A stretch of DNA of 62,998 nucleotides, filler included, from Reclinomonas americana ATCC 50394 (taxonomy: Eukaryota): assembly GCA_048213135.1 (NCBI GenBank). It is 5 parts of 3 records of this genome, joined end to end, with 100 filler letters (N's around TTAATTAATTAA, not from the genome) between each part and the next. Parts side by side here need not be neighbours in the genome. Positions count along the whole stretch, not along the records: positions 1 to 27,908 come from PS015019.1; 4 more parts are not named here. One strand, given 5' to 3'. Shown here piece after piece: positions 12,609 through 23,599 of this stretch; positions within the stretch are counted from its first letter, which is position 1; each line of letters opens with the position of its first letter. The notes beneath the pieces were generated by a model. That model did not search any database, had not been told where the DNA came from, and saw only the letters and a program-made list of their open reading frames with translations. A program made the position numbers and the translations under genes.

Positions 12609-13666
12609 ATGCGTGCGAGATCACGGTGCAGTCTCCTTCTCCCTCTTCTTCCCCTCCTCCTCTTGCTCGTCGTCTCTGTATCTGCCAAGGCGATCGACTT
12701 GGAGCAATGCGCAACTGACACGCCAGCCGACTTGCAACGTGCCATCCTGCGGGGCAGAGCACTCGAGGTGTTTGTGGACGGTGGCGCACGTCGCATCGAC
12801 TTGGAGGGTGCCGCAGACAGTCGACACGCAGGTGTGCCTGCGTGTGTGTCAATGCGCCAAGTGCATTGCATCATTCCTCACTCTCTCTGCCACCAGCGAT
12901 TCGTTTTGTCAGCTCTCTCGACGCCCACTCGCAGGCCGTCGGCGGTTGTGCGCTCCTCCAGCAGGTGCATCGCGTCATTCTGAGCACACTTCCGCCAGCG
13001 CCCACACCACTGGCCGTGCAGCGTGAGCAACACATGCGCGAGGTGCCGGCCAATGCTTATCCTTTCAGTCCGCCCGCCGACGAGCTGTTCGAGCACCCAT
13101 GGTTCCTGTGGTCGGGATTCCGCCTGCGCTTTGTCGATCATGTGCCGTTCAATAGCACGCACCGCATTCTGGAGATTGGCAGCTTCGAGGGCCGCTCGGC
13201 GTTGTGGATGATGCAGAACTCGCTGCCGACAACGGTGATGGACTGTGTGGATCTCGCGTCGGATGGCGCCGGCGAGATGGAAACGTTGTATAGTGAGGCC
13301 CCGCAGCGTTTCCGTCGTGCCCTGGCGCCGTACATGGAGCAAGGCCGCGTGCGGTACCACGTGATGCCGAGCTTCGATTTTCTGTTGCAGCTGCTGACCG
13401 CTTCGCCACCCACCGAGCCGTACGACTTTATCTACGTGGATGGCAGTCACCTCGCGCAGCACGTGTTGGAGGACGCCGTGCTGGCCTTCCGCCTACTGCG
13501 TCCCGGTGGCGTCATGGCATTCGACGATTACGAGTGGACAGCCGAGACGGAGCTGACCAAGACGCCACGACCGGCAATCGACGGCTTCCTGGCAGTGTAC
13601 GCCGATCAGGTGGAGCTGTTGGATATGGCCGGGCAGGTGTGGGTGCGACGGAAGCTGCAAGCGTAG
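12609..13666 (+). CDS. Secretory-pathway class I SAM methyltransferase (Methyltransf_24-like)
   Basis: Signal peptide; intron 12832-12896; LEIGSFEGRS, DFIYVDGSH and LRPGGVMAFDDY motifs. Confidence 0.88.
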
Positions 13667-13843
13667 ACAGGAAGAGGTGAAGATTTTGTATAATAGTCGC
13701 TGCTCGTGAGCAATGTCTGCGATCGCACTGGGTGTAATCAGTGAAGGGGTGTGTTGTTAATCGTGGCCCGAAGCTGCTCAGCGAGCGAGCTCGACGTCTA
13801 TCGCCAGGGGGACGATTGTGTCCGCATCGAGTCAATCGCAAGC

Positions 13844-14537
13844 ATGAGTGGAGCAGAGGAGGAAGGAGCATCGTCGTCGGGATCGGCGTCTTCTGCAGTG
13901 CCGCAGTCTCGCGATGAGGCCATCGAACTGCGTGCAGCAGCAGTGCGAGACACGCACGGTGCATCGGCTGCCGAGCTCGAGGCCATTGTCGTATCGTTCA
14001 CGAGTTATGTCAGTGCATCGCTTCTGCACACACACACACACATGCGTGCTCGCACCCGTGACACTCATGATTGTACTCCCTGCACGAACAGAGATGCTGG
14101 AGAAACACGGAGCCACGCAGGCACCGATTGACCAAATCGTCGATCATGCACACAGTATGCTCCTCCAGCTCTCGGTGGCCAAGCAGCGCATGCAGGTGTA
14201 ATCTCCCTTCCCTTTCTCTCTCTCTCTCTCTCTCACTCCGTGTCCCATCACCCCACCGTCACTCACTCTTCTGCCTCTTCTGCCACCAACTCAGTGCACA
14301 CTGGACGAGTGGCGAGACATCTTTACGCGACACGCCTTTGAGGCCTTGGACGAGGAGATGAGCGTGTGCGATCTCTGTTCAGTGCCGACGTCGACGACGG
14401 AAGAACGAAGTTGTGCCGCTTGTCAGCATCTGGTGGTGGAGACATTTTTGCGTGCACTACGAGAGGTGCCCGCGGAGAATGCACGTATGGCCGTGGGCAT
14501 GCTGGAGAGGGCCGGCATATCACCGTCAATGGAATGA
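13844..14537 (+). CDS. Hypothetical protein, 3 exons, with two CxxC pairs
   Basis: Splice-consistent frame MSGAEEEG..|EMLEKHG..MQ|CTLDEW..CDLC..CAAC..SME*. Confidence 0.55.
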
Positions 14538-14999
14538 TATGAAGAAAGCTGTCCGCGTCCTGCATTTTGACCGTTGCATTTTTTACGCTTGAGGTGAGAA
14601 ACGACAACCAGTGTACACCACAGACAGACAGGGAGGGGGTGTGTGCAAGGCAAAGAACAGAGAGGCATGCTCGCATGTAAGCACAGTGTGACCGAGAGAG
14701 CGGCCAGCCTCGTCTGCTTTCATCAGCATCTCCGTCTGAACATTGTCGCGTGCTGTATCCTCCTCTTTCCTTCGCGCACTTGCTTTGGAAAGACATGCTG
14801 CTTCTCTTTCTCGTTATTACCCGAGGGGAAACACCGCACTCCCCAATGCCTTTCTCTCTGTTCGGGGCATCGTGGCGTTTGGTTTCTTTCGTTGTTTTTC
14901 GGGCACGCGCCAGTGGATTGTGGTATTCGCCCTCGTCTCACATTCACTCTCCCCTATCTGCAGCTGACATTGAAAGAGACAAACGGAAACCGAAACCCC

Positions 15000-16770
15000 A
15001 TGTTGAAGCTCCTGATCGTTGTCGTATGTACCCTGGCGGTGTGTACGAGCATGGCCTACGCCCAAGGTCAGTAACGGTCCACTGATACAAGCGATCTTCT
15101 TGTGATCTTTTGCCACTCACCTGTTGCGTGTTCAGGCGGAGACTGCTCCACCAACCCGGGCGCATGTAACCCCAATGTTGCACTGCGAACAAACGTGGCT
15201 TTCAATCATCTTGCTGTTCGGATAACTCACGTTTCGCTTCAACGTTGCAGGGTTCGTGCCAGAGTGGCAAGTGCAAGTGCGCGAACAACTGCTTCAATGT
15301 CGGCGGAGACAACTTTTGCGCCAAGTTGAGTGCAGCTGCCTGCATCGCTGCGTGTATTTCTTCTTGCTGCTCATTTTTCTGTGGTACGCAGCTGGACGGG
15401 CCCCTTCTGCACCTGCCACCCCGTCCGCACCTGCTCGAACCAAGGCGCCTGCAACGCCGCCGGTGCCTGCGAGTGCATCAGTGGCTTCTACGGCCCCAAC
15501 TGTGACAAGACTTGCGATCCGGCCGTCACCTGCAGCGGCCAAGGCTCATGCGCCGCCGCTGGTGGTTGCACGTGCAACTCCGACTACTATGGTGCCTCGT
15601 GCAACCAGTACTGCTCGGTGCGTGTGCACTCTGGTATATTCCGTCCGCTCTTTTCATAATCTCAACTCGTACTCTCCACCCCAGGCCTCGATCACGTGCA
15701 ACAGCCACGGCACGTGCGACTCGACTGGCTCGTGCGTGTGCTCCGGCAACTGGACCGGCGCCAACTGCGATCAGTGCAAGCCGAACTACTACGGCTCGTC
15801 GTGCGCGACCTACTGCCTGGCGTCGAGCACCTGCAGCGGCCACGGCTCCTGCAATGCTGTCACCGGCGCTTGCGTGTGCGACGGCACCTTCACTGGCGCC
15901 AGCTGCAACCAGTGCATCGCCGACTACTATGGAGCATCGTGTGACACGTACTGCGAGGCTTCCACCACGTGCAACGGGCATGGCTCGTGCAACGCCACCT
16001 CTGGCGCTTGCGTCTGCAGTGGCAACTTCACCGGAGCTGCTTGCGATCAGTGCATCGCGAACTACTTCGGCGCCAACTGCGACGTGTTTTGTGAGGCCTC
16101 CAGCACCTGCAATGGCCACGGCTCTTGCAACAGCAGTGGGCAGTGCGAGTGTTCGGGCAACTGGACTGGCTCCTCCTGCAACCAGTGCAAGAGCTACTAC
16201 TACGGCGCCAACTGCGACACGTACTGCAAGGCCTCCACCACCTGCAACGGAAACGGCACGTGCAACAGCAGCGACGGTAGCTGCGACTGCACCGGCAATT
16301 TCACCGGCAACAGCTGCAATGAGTGCATTGCCAACTACTACGGCTCCTCGTGCAGCACCTACTGCCTTGCCTCCTCCACCTGCAGCGGACGTGGCTCGTG
16401 CAATAGCAGCGATGGCAGCTGCGACTGCTTCTCCAACTGGTACGGTGCCTCATGCAACGTGTCGTGCGTTCCGCAGACCACGTGCTCGGGTCGCGGTCAG
16501 TGCGGCAGCAGCGGTGCCTGCGAGTGCAACGCAAACTTCTACGGCCCCTCATGCAACGTCAAGTGCACGACGTCGATTTGCTCCAACCACGGCACGTGCA
16601 CCACTAGCGGCACCTGCGATTGCACTGGTGGCTACACCGGCACGCTCTGCAACAACAACTGCCTGCGCGAGCTCACCTGCTCGAACCGCGGCAACTGCGA
16701 CGCCATGGGCAGCTGCGTGTGCGATTCCGGATTCACCGGCTCGAACTGCAGCCAAATTGATGTCTGCTAA
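15000..16770 (+). CDS. Secreted EGF/laminin-EGF (tenascin-like) repeat protein
   Basis: Signal peptide MLKLLIVVVCTLAVCTSMAYA; many C[NS]GHG[ST]C..G.C.C..[WF]TG..C repeats; no transmembrane segment seen. Confidence 0.9.
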
Positions 16771-16922
16771 ACAGACACAATCGGCGGGCAACATACGCTC
16801 ACTCTCTCTCTCTCTCTTCTTCTTCTTCTTCTCTCTCTGTCCCTGCTTGAAAATACCATGCTGTTCACACGCCGCGGCGGTGTCTCATGGATGCAAAGAG
16901 TGAAGTGCGCGTGTTGTTAGAT

Positions 16923-17381
16923 TCACGTGGTTTCACGGACAGGATCAACCTCGTCTCCCCGCTCTCCCCCTTCCCCCTCGGGACCGTCCTCTTCGTCCAA
17001 CTCATCTTCCTCTTCCTCTTCCTCTTCATCCTCAGCCTCTCGTTCCACCAACGTGCTGGCGGCTTGAGAGGGCACCTCCAGACCCAGTGCCGTCACCGTC
17101 CCCACCGCAGCCTCCAGCATGTCCACGACGCGTCGCAAGTGCTCCTGCTGCTCGCTGAGCGAGTGGTGCAGACGCGGTGGATCCGTCGCCTCCTCGTGCA
17201 TCGAGTGGCACAGGCACAGAGCACTGCATAGGTGGGCATGTTATGGAGAAGCGGCTAGTGACGGAAGACAAAGACGGATACGCAACGCCACCGCCTCCTG
17301 CAACGCTCTGCCACACAAGTCGGCAACCAAGTCGGTGGTGGCCGATGCCGCAGCGCTGGCGCCGGCGGCACTCTTCAACAT
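16923..17381 (-). CDS. Small hypothetical protein with acidic tail
   Basis: Two exons joined in frame (QEAVA|ALCLCHSMHEE..); poly-E tail. Confidence 0.5.
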
Positions 17382-17699
17382 GCAAAAACAGGTTACTTTT
17401 CAAATAGCAACACCACCCGCCCGTCTGCATCGTACCTCAGGCGAGCCCATCAAATCGTCAGCACGGCGCACAGTGCCGCGCACCGAAGGCGACCGATTCG
17501 CACTCGCACTCGACGACACTGCGACAGAATATGCACGTGAGAGAGGCAGTGATACACGGGTAACCACAATACACAGCAGACGGCGCACCCGGCAACACAC
17601 GACGGAACCACGTGGCGCTCCAGGCGTCTTTGGCAAACTGCAACAGAAAGACGACTGGCAAATGAGCGTGCACAAGAAAATAAAGACTCATAGCGCATG

Positions 17700-20468
17700 C
17701 GTCGCAACCTTGGTGAACAGCTGCGAGTTGTGCCGGAAAGACACCCACGGCAGCGGCGTCGAGCCGGAGCCAGCCGAGGACTGCATGTTGAGGTCCTACA
17801 CCATCATTATCGTCAACATCGGCAACTCGCAAGTCACAGCAAGCAGACAAGCAAGAACTGCGCTCACCGATCCCACAAGACACACTATGCGAGGCAGTGA
17901 CAGCAGCTGAGCAATCGTTAACACACATCAGCAACGCGATCGACAGCCACATTACCGTGTCCAGGCCAACGGACAGAGTATAGCCGAGCCACCTCGCCTG
18001 CACACCAGTCAACGAGGGCGACTGGAACACCAACAACTCGCACAACACAACGCAACAGATGATGTCATCGTTGCGCGCCAGATGCTTGTTGAGGTGGTGC
18101 AAGATCTGCTCGCCCTGATCGCGGCCGAGGATGCGCAACAGACCGATTTCGGCAGCCGCCTGCACCTGCCGATGCACAGCCTTGCCATCAATGTGCCTGC
18201 GACACACGACAGACATATTACGAGTGAGAACACAAAGAGGAAGAGCCCATTGCCCCAGCCGCACTCTTCTTTCTTGCACACGCCGTCGAGTTCCACCAGT
18301 GCCGTGTGACAAGCGCACAGAACAACCTTGTCGTTCTCGTCTCTCGGCGCTGCGACGTGTATTCGAAGTCAGTGCCGACAACACAACTGCGCAGTCCGCC
18401 ACTCGGCCACTCAACTGTTCAGCAGGCCGCGCCTCACACGATCGATTAGCGACGGCAGCGAGAGCGGTGACTTGGCATTCGCTGGCAGACCCATCCACAC
18501 CAGAGCCGACGTGCTGCACGTGCACAACGGTGAGTGCCGACGAAGGTGAGGCAACACGATACACCCGACAGAACTCGAGGAAAAACAGCACGGTTCCATG
18601 CACGTCGGGAAGCGTGCGTGCCAGCGTCGGAGTGCCGAGTCTGAGAGGTGCGCGATTGAGCATCGATGGTCGCCCTTCATCATTCCAGCACACTGAAGGA
18701 GCGCAACTCGCGCTTGAGGATGCGATCGATTTCATCCGACTGGAGACACGCTGCGGCCGCACACGGCACATCTCCCGCATCGTCAGCGGAACCAACTGCA
18801 CTTGTCCCCGAACCGCTGCCGGAGGGTGCGGCAGCAGCGGCAGCTCCAGTCTGCATGGATGACAAGCAAAGTAAGAAGCAGCGAGAGAACAGGCGAACAC
18901 AATGCGTGCACGCAGATAAGCGCAACATGCCCGGCCATTTCGCGAAAGTTGCCGCATGTCGGTGCCAGAAGAGTGGCGTCGTACTGCGTCGTAATGTACG
19001 GCAGCTTGACCACGCAATTGCGCTTGCCGCCATCACTCTCCGAGCTGCCTACCCTGCAGCGATACGTGTGAGCGACGAGGAACCACGCTGCGCAGTTTTT
19101 GAGTGCAACGAACCGGTCACCGAATAGATACACCACACCTCGCGCGTCGAGTTGCCGTCGGAGGAGTTGCACGTCGGAGATGACGTTGCCTTCCATGCGT
19201 AGCCACAGAGGCTGCATCGCATACAGGTGAGAAGTACAGGTATTGACTCGTTTCTGTCATCGTCGGCTTACCTTGCGCGGCGAGCTGCCGACACGACCGT
19301 GTGCCACATACGGATAGCCACCAGCGTCGGCCACATCTGCCACCGCATCCACAATCGCCAGCGCACCAACCGTGGTCACCGAGTTGTGCGACAGATGTAC
19401 CTCCTCCTACGAGCCCCACACCATCAGTACGCGCGAAGCACACAAGCCACACTCACAACTGCGCCACGCACCGGGCGATACGTCCGAATCTGGGCAACAG
19501 CGAAAGAGGAGATGAGCAAAAAAACCAAGAAAACACTGTGGGCACAAACGACACACCATGTCGCACATCGGCCCCACAGCACCCGCCTCGTCAATGGCAT
19601 TCGTGTGGAACCTGCACATTTGCACGCAGCGATTCTCAGCAACGATCCATCGCCGCGGACAACTGCTGACAACGAACGCACCACATGTTGACCACATGCA
19701 CGGGCATCACCGTGCCAACTCGAGCCAACGCATCGCGAATGGCCAACAGACCACCTCCGCCACACGAGTTGAACTCGAAGCGCAGCTGCGGTACACAGTT
19801 GGCGATGAACCAGCAAACTGGAGCGAGAGCACGCTGCGACATGCACAAACCTGTTCGATGCAAATCTCCGCCAGCCCCGCCTCCGTGGCCATGCGCAACA
19901 ACGCCGACTCCAGTTGCTCCTCGCAGAAGCGCACCACATCAGAGTCGCGCCATGTGCGATGGGCGCACTTGACGTGGAAGCACTGCGAGGCCGCCGTCGC
20001 AGAATCGCCGCCAGTAGCTTCGCACGGAAGCAGCTGCACGAGACGACTCTCGTCTTCGGGTTTTCCTGTGGCGCGGCACGTGACTACACACAACAGGAGT
20101 CACACCAGTCGGCTAGTGGACCCGCATACACACAAACCGTGTCGTCGCTTGTGTCGCGTAGTGGGCGGGGTCCGCGAATAGCCGCCGCCGCCCCGGCCTC
20201 GTCCGCGCCCCGGACCTGCCGTATCGCACAATCAGCATACTTGCGCAGCAGCGGAGGGTGATGAAAAGAGCGCAGCACAACTGTGCACGCGTCCACGCGG
20301 TGAACCTGCACGAGGCACAACAGCGTGAGTTGCCACATACGCGCACGATCACAAGGCAACTGCATGCATACCTCGTGCTCCTCGTCGACCGCCACGCCAG
20401 TTGCCTCCGCCTCGACCACCACCACCACCACCACCAACAGTGCCGATGCGGAAGTCTTCCGCGTCCAT
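17700..20468 (-). CDS. Probable multi-exon hypothetical gene; boundaries uncertain
   Basis: Start MDAEDFRIGTVGGGGGGGRGG with an RGG stretch; series of minus-strand GT..AG-bounded open blocks; no family recognised. Confidence 0.35.
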
Positions 20469-20518
20469 GTTTGCACCAAAGATGAGAAAATCGTCCTGTC
20501 CCTCCGTCTCTCTTGTCA

Positions 20519-21420
20519 ATGTCGAGCGGCGACATCGCCGCTCAGAACAACAATGGCAACAGCAGCAACAGTAGTGGAGGTGCACCTGTCGCTGGCACCT
20601 CTGCCACTGCTGCATTGTGCGACAGTGGCGATGCAGTGGTTCCGTGGGCCTCCACTGGAGGCATCGCACTGATGCTGGTCATTGCGGTGTCTGTGCACGA
20701 CTTGGTGTTGGTGAGTCTACGCTGCGCGCCCATGTGCGAGTGTGTGTGCAGTCGCTGATGTCCTCTTGCAGGGCTTTCAATTGATGTTCAGCGCGCAACC
20801 TCATCTACTAATGGGAATGCACACGCCGTTTGCGCCCATGCGCTTTGACGTCAACAATGGCGGTGTCTATCGTCTTGCGGTGTATGCTGTCTTCAAGATG
20901 CTGTTGCGTGTGCGTGCTCTTGTCGGTGCATTCAGAAGCTTGCTGACGGTGTCAGTTTGTGTGCAGAGGATTGTTTGTGTCGTTTTCCTCGGTGCTGTTC
21001 CTGATGGCAGTGGCGGGGGCGAGACTGGCGCGCTCGTCGTTGCCGTGGTTGACCGATGCGCTGTTCTTTGTGTTCCTCTGCTTGCACTTTTCGATCTCGG
21101 ATATACACTGGAACTACTGCGACGAGTACAAGGTCTGTCAACGCAAGCCTCGCGCTGAGCCAATTGCGTTGCTCACCACCAGCAATCAATAGGTCAACTG
21201 CTACGCCCACTCGTGGGTTCGCGCCGGCGTGGCGTTGGTGGCGGTCCTGCTTCATGCGTATTACAGCATCTTTGGGCGACCGCCAGGCGCAGCCGTGTCG
21301 CAGCGCGGCTACGCATCGCTACCCTCGTACGAGGGTGAGTCGGGCCCGTTGCCAAGAGCGCTGGCCGACGAGACAGAGATGGTGGAGAGTGAGCACTTGC
21401 GTGCACGGCACGTGCGGTAG
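20519..21420 (+). CDS. Multi-pass membrane protein, unknown family
   Basis: Four exons splice in frame and give several hydrophobic segments. Confidence 0.6.
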
Positions 21421-21507
21421 AGAGAGGAAGTCAATCATGTTTTTTTGTTTCATCATCATCATTATTGTTGGAGACAAGATGTGGGGGCGTCGTTGGCTGG
21501 TGGTACC

Positions 21508-22851
21508 TCACGATTGTCGACAGAGGGGAAGGCGCGCTGTGCGAGGAGAAGAGTGTGGGGGAGACAGACAGGCGGCGCACGTTGTGGTTCTCTCTTCTCC
21601 GCCACACGCAACTGCAAGAACATCGATCCAGCGGTTGACGTTGCTGTCGGGATGCTGCAGCATGTCCATCCACTGATTGTAGCTGATCGCGCTGTCGCCA
21701 TCCTTGTCGTAGGCCGCGAATATCTGGTTGGCGAACACATCTAACCGTGGTCCGATGTGCCTTCGCAATTGCACGCGGTCGCGCGGTGCGAACCCCGCCT
21801 CGCACATGCCGAGTGCGGAGAAGGCCTCGAGCACACGCCGCACATCGGAGCGATGCACAAATCCACTGCGTCTGTGTACACACACTTCTTCGCATCAGCA
21901 TCGACGCGGTTCTTGGGATAGGTGCACTGTCTTGCGCGCAACGATGCGTCAAACAAGCGAAACACAAACGTGTGCTTCTCGACCGTGCTGCCGACATCGC
22001 ACAACGGCACCATTCCACACATGAACTCCTCGTACTCCACAAAGCCCGTGTTGTCGGCATCGCTGTGGACGCACGGTGGTCATGCAAGGGACGGGAAAGA
22101 AAGAGAAACGACGCAAAAGGCCAACGCACAGCACGTCAAACACACGCCACACAGCGTACTTGGCCGCCCGCGACAGCTGCCCGATGCGCGCCGTCACACT
22201 CGTCCAGTAGGCGTCCACCGTGAACTGTGCGTTAACAGGGTCGGCTGCAGCACTCCAAGCCCTCGTCAACTCTGCACCACCACATTCACGCAACGTATTC
22301 GTCGTTGGCAGCAAAGCGCGCCAGCTGCTGAAACATGTCCTGCAGTCGCGCCACTCGTGTCTGCAGCACAAGACAACACGCACACATCAGCGCACGCGTG
22401 GGGGTGATTGAATTATAATCGAACACAATCATCACTGACCCGATCGTGACGCACTCGCTCCTCGGCCTCTGCGAAGCTGCGGTGGTGATGGCGGCGGTGA
22501 GGGTGATGAGCGATCAACAGCAGGGTGGATGAGGAAAGAGAGAGAGAGAGAGGAGGAGATCAATCACCTCAGAATCGGTACCAACACAGGTCTCCCTCTC
22601 AGCTCTGCCTCCGCCGGCATCTCCAGCTGCTGCTGTATGGTGGCCATCTGATCCTCTGCCACCGCCGTCACCCACATGGCCGACGATGTCGCTCGTTCCA
22701 TCGGCGATCCCAACACACTCTCCACCATGACTGTCGGCCGCAGGGATTGACGACGCCCACCACTCGCACCGCGGCCATCGTGGTCACCACCACCACCGTC
22801 GTCGCCGTCACCGTCGCCGTCATGACGGTCGACACAAGCGCCTGCACCCAT
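21508..22851 (-). CDS. Calcineurin-B-like / NCS-type EF-hand protein
   Basis: DADNTGFVEYEEF, EKHTFVFRLFD, DKDGDSAISYNQW; putative myristoylatable start MGAGAC. Confidence 0.75.
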
Positions 22852-22897
22852 CGCGAATCACTACACACAACGTCGAGCGTGCTCGCGTCGGCAGCCG

Positions 22898-23367
22898 ATG
22901 AGCGATTGTCCGAAACGCAACACGGGGCAGCTGTGTGCTGCGGCCAACAGGCTTGGCGGCACGATTAAGTCAATGCAAGCTGCAGTGAATGACGAGGGTC
23001 GAAGGGAATCGCTGGCCGACGCCGACGATCTCATGCGATATCGATATTGGCCACGAATTCGAACCGCTTGGCCGTGTGGTCGCAGACCATCAATACCGGT
23101 GCCCCGGGTGACGCGTCGGTGCAAGTGACGGCCAGCCTGTTGATCCTGGAGCCGACGTTTGCCGGTCTCACTGCGAACCTGCTGATGCCGGCGGACGCAG
23201 CCAGCGGCGAATTCCTCTTCATCTTCAATGCCTCGTTCGCGCAGCAAGAAACCATGACACTGAACCCCGACCCGTCTACGCTCCCGTACGGACTGGAGGG
23301 CGTGCAGGTGAAGCCGGGTGAGCTCGCCAAGTGGATTTTTATCGGCACGGTCTGGTTCCCTCTGTGA
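22898..23367 (+). pseudogene. Intronless orphan ORF, probably frameshifted, weakly resembling viral fibre beta-modules
   Basis: The 23047-23367 frame has no upstream in-frame ATG after the preceding stop; the ATG ORF from 22898 is in another frame and the two meet at palindromic scars (23037-23063). Confidence 0.4.
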
Positions 23368-23525
23368 GGAACCAGAGGACCAAGCTCTCACGTACTGGTG
23401 GTGAGCTTGCATATAACTGAATGAAACCTGAAGGCGGTTTCACTTGCCAAAACTTCGAGTCTCGAAGTCCAATGTGACTCGCGCGCTTTTGTCCCGAGTC
23501 ACATTTTGGCGCGCAATTCACCACT
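23349..23525. other. Array of five consecutive inverted repeats (structured RNA/DNA element)
   Basis: Arms TCTGGTTCC/GGAACCAGA, CAAGCTC/GAGCTTG, TGAAACC/GGTTTCA, ACTTCGAG/CTCGAAGT, AATGTGACTCG/CGAGTCACATT. Confidence 0.75.
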
Positions 23526-23599
23526 CTCGCCCCTCCAACGCTTTTGCGGCGTGGTCTGTGTGTCTCTGTGTGTGCGCGCGCACGTGACTTTCTGCGCCA

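Noticed and set aside
13973-13981. GAG-CTC-GAG in coding DNA (also near 40928)
   Set aside because: Ordinary Glu-Leu-Glu codons; single 9-mers of this form are expected by chance and there is no paralog to show an insertion
15685-16770. Nucleotide repeats in the EGF gene as a mobile element
   Set aside because: Explained by tandem protein domains
23397-23525. U5 snRNA, SECIS, TPP riboswitch or hammerhead identity for the hairpin array
   Set aside because: Only partial motif resemblance; the required cores are missing
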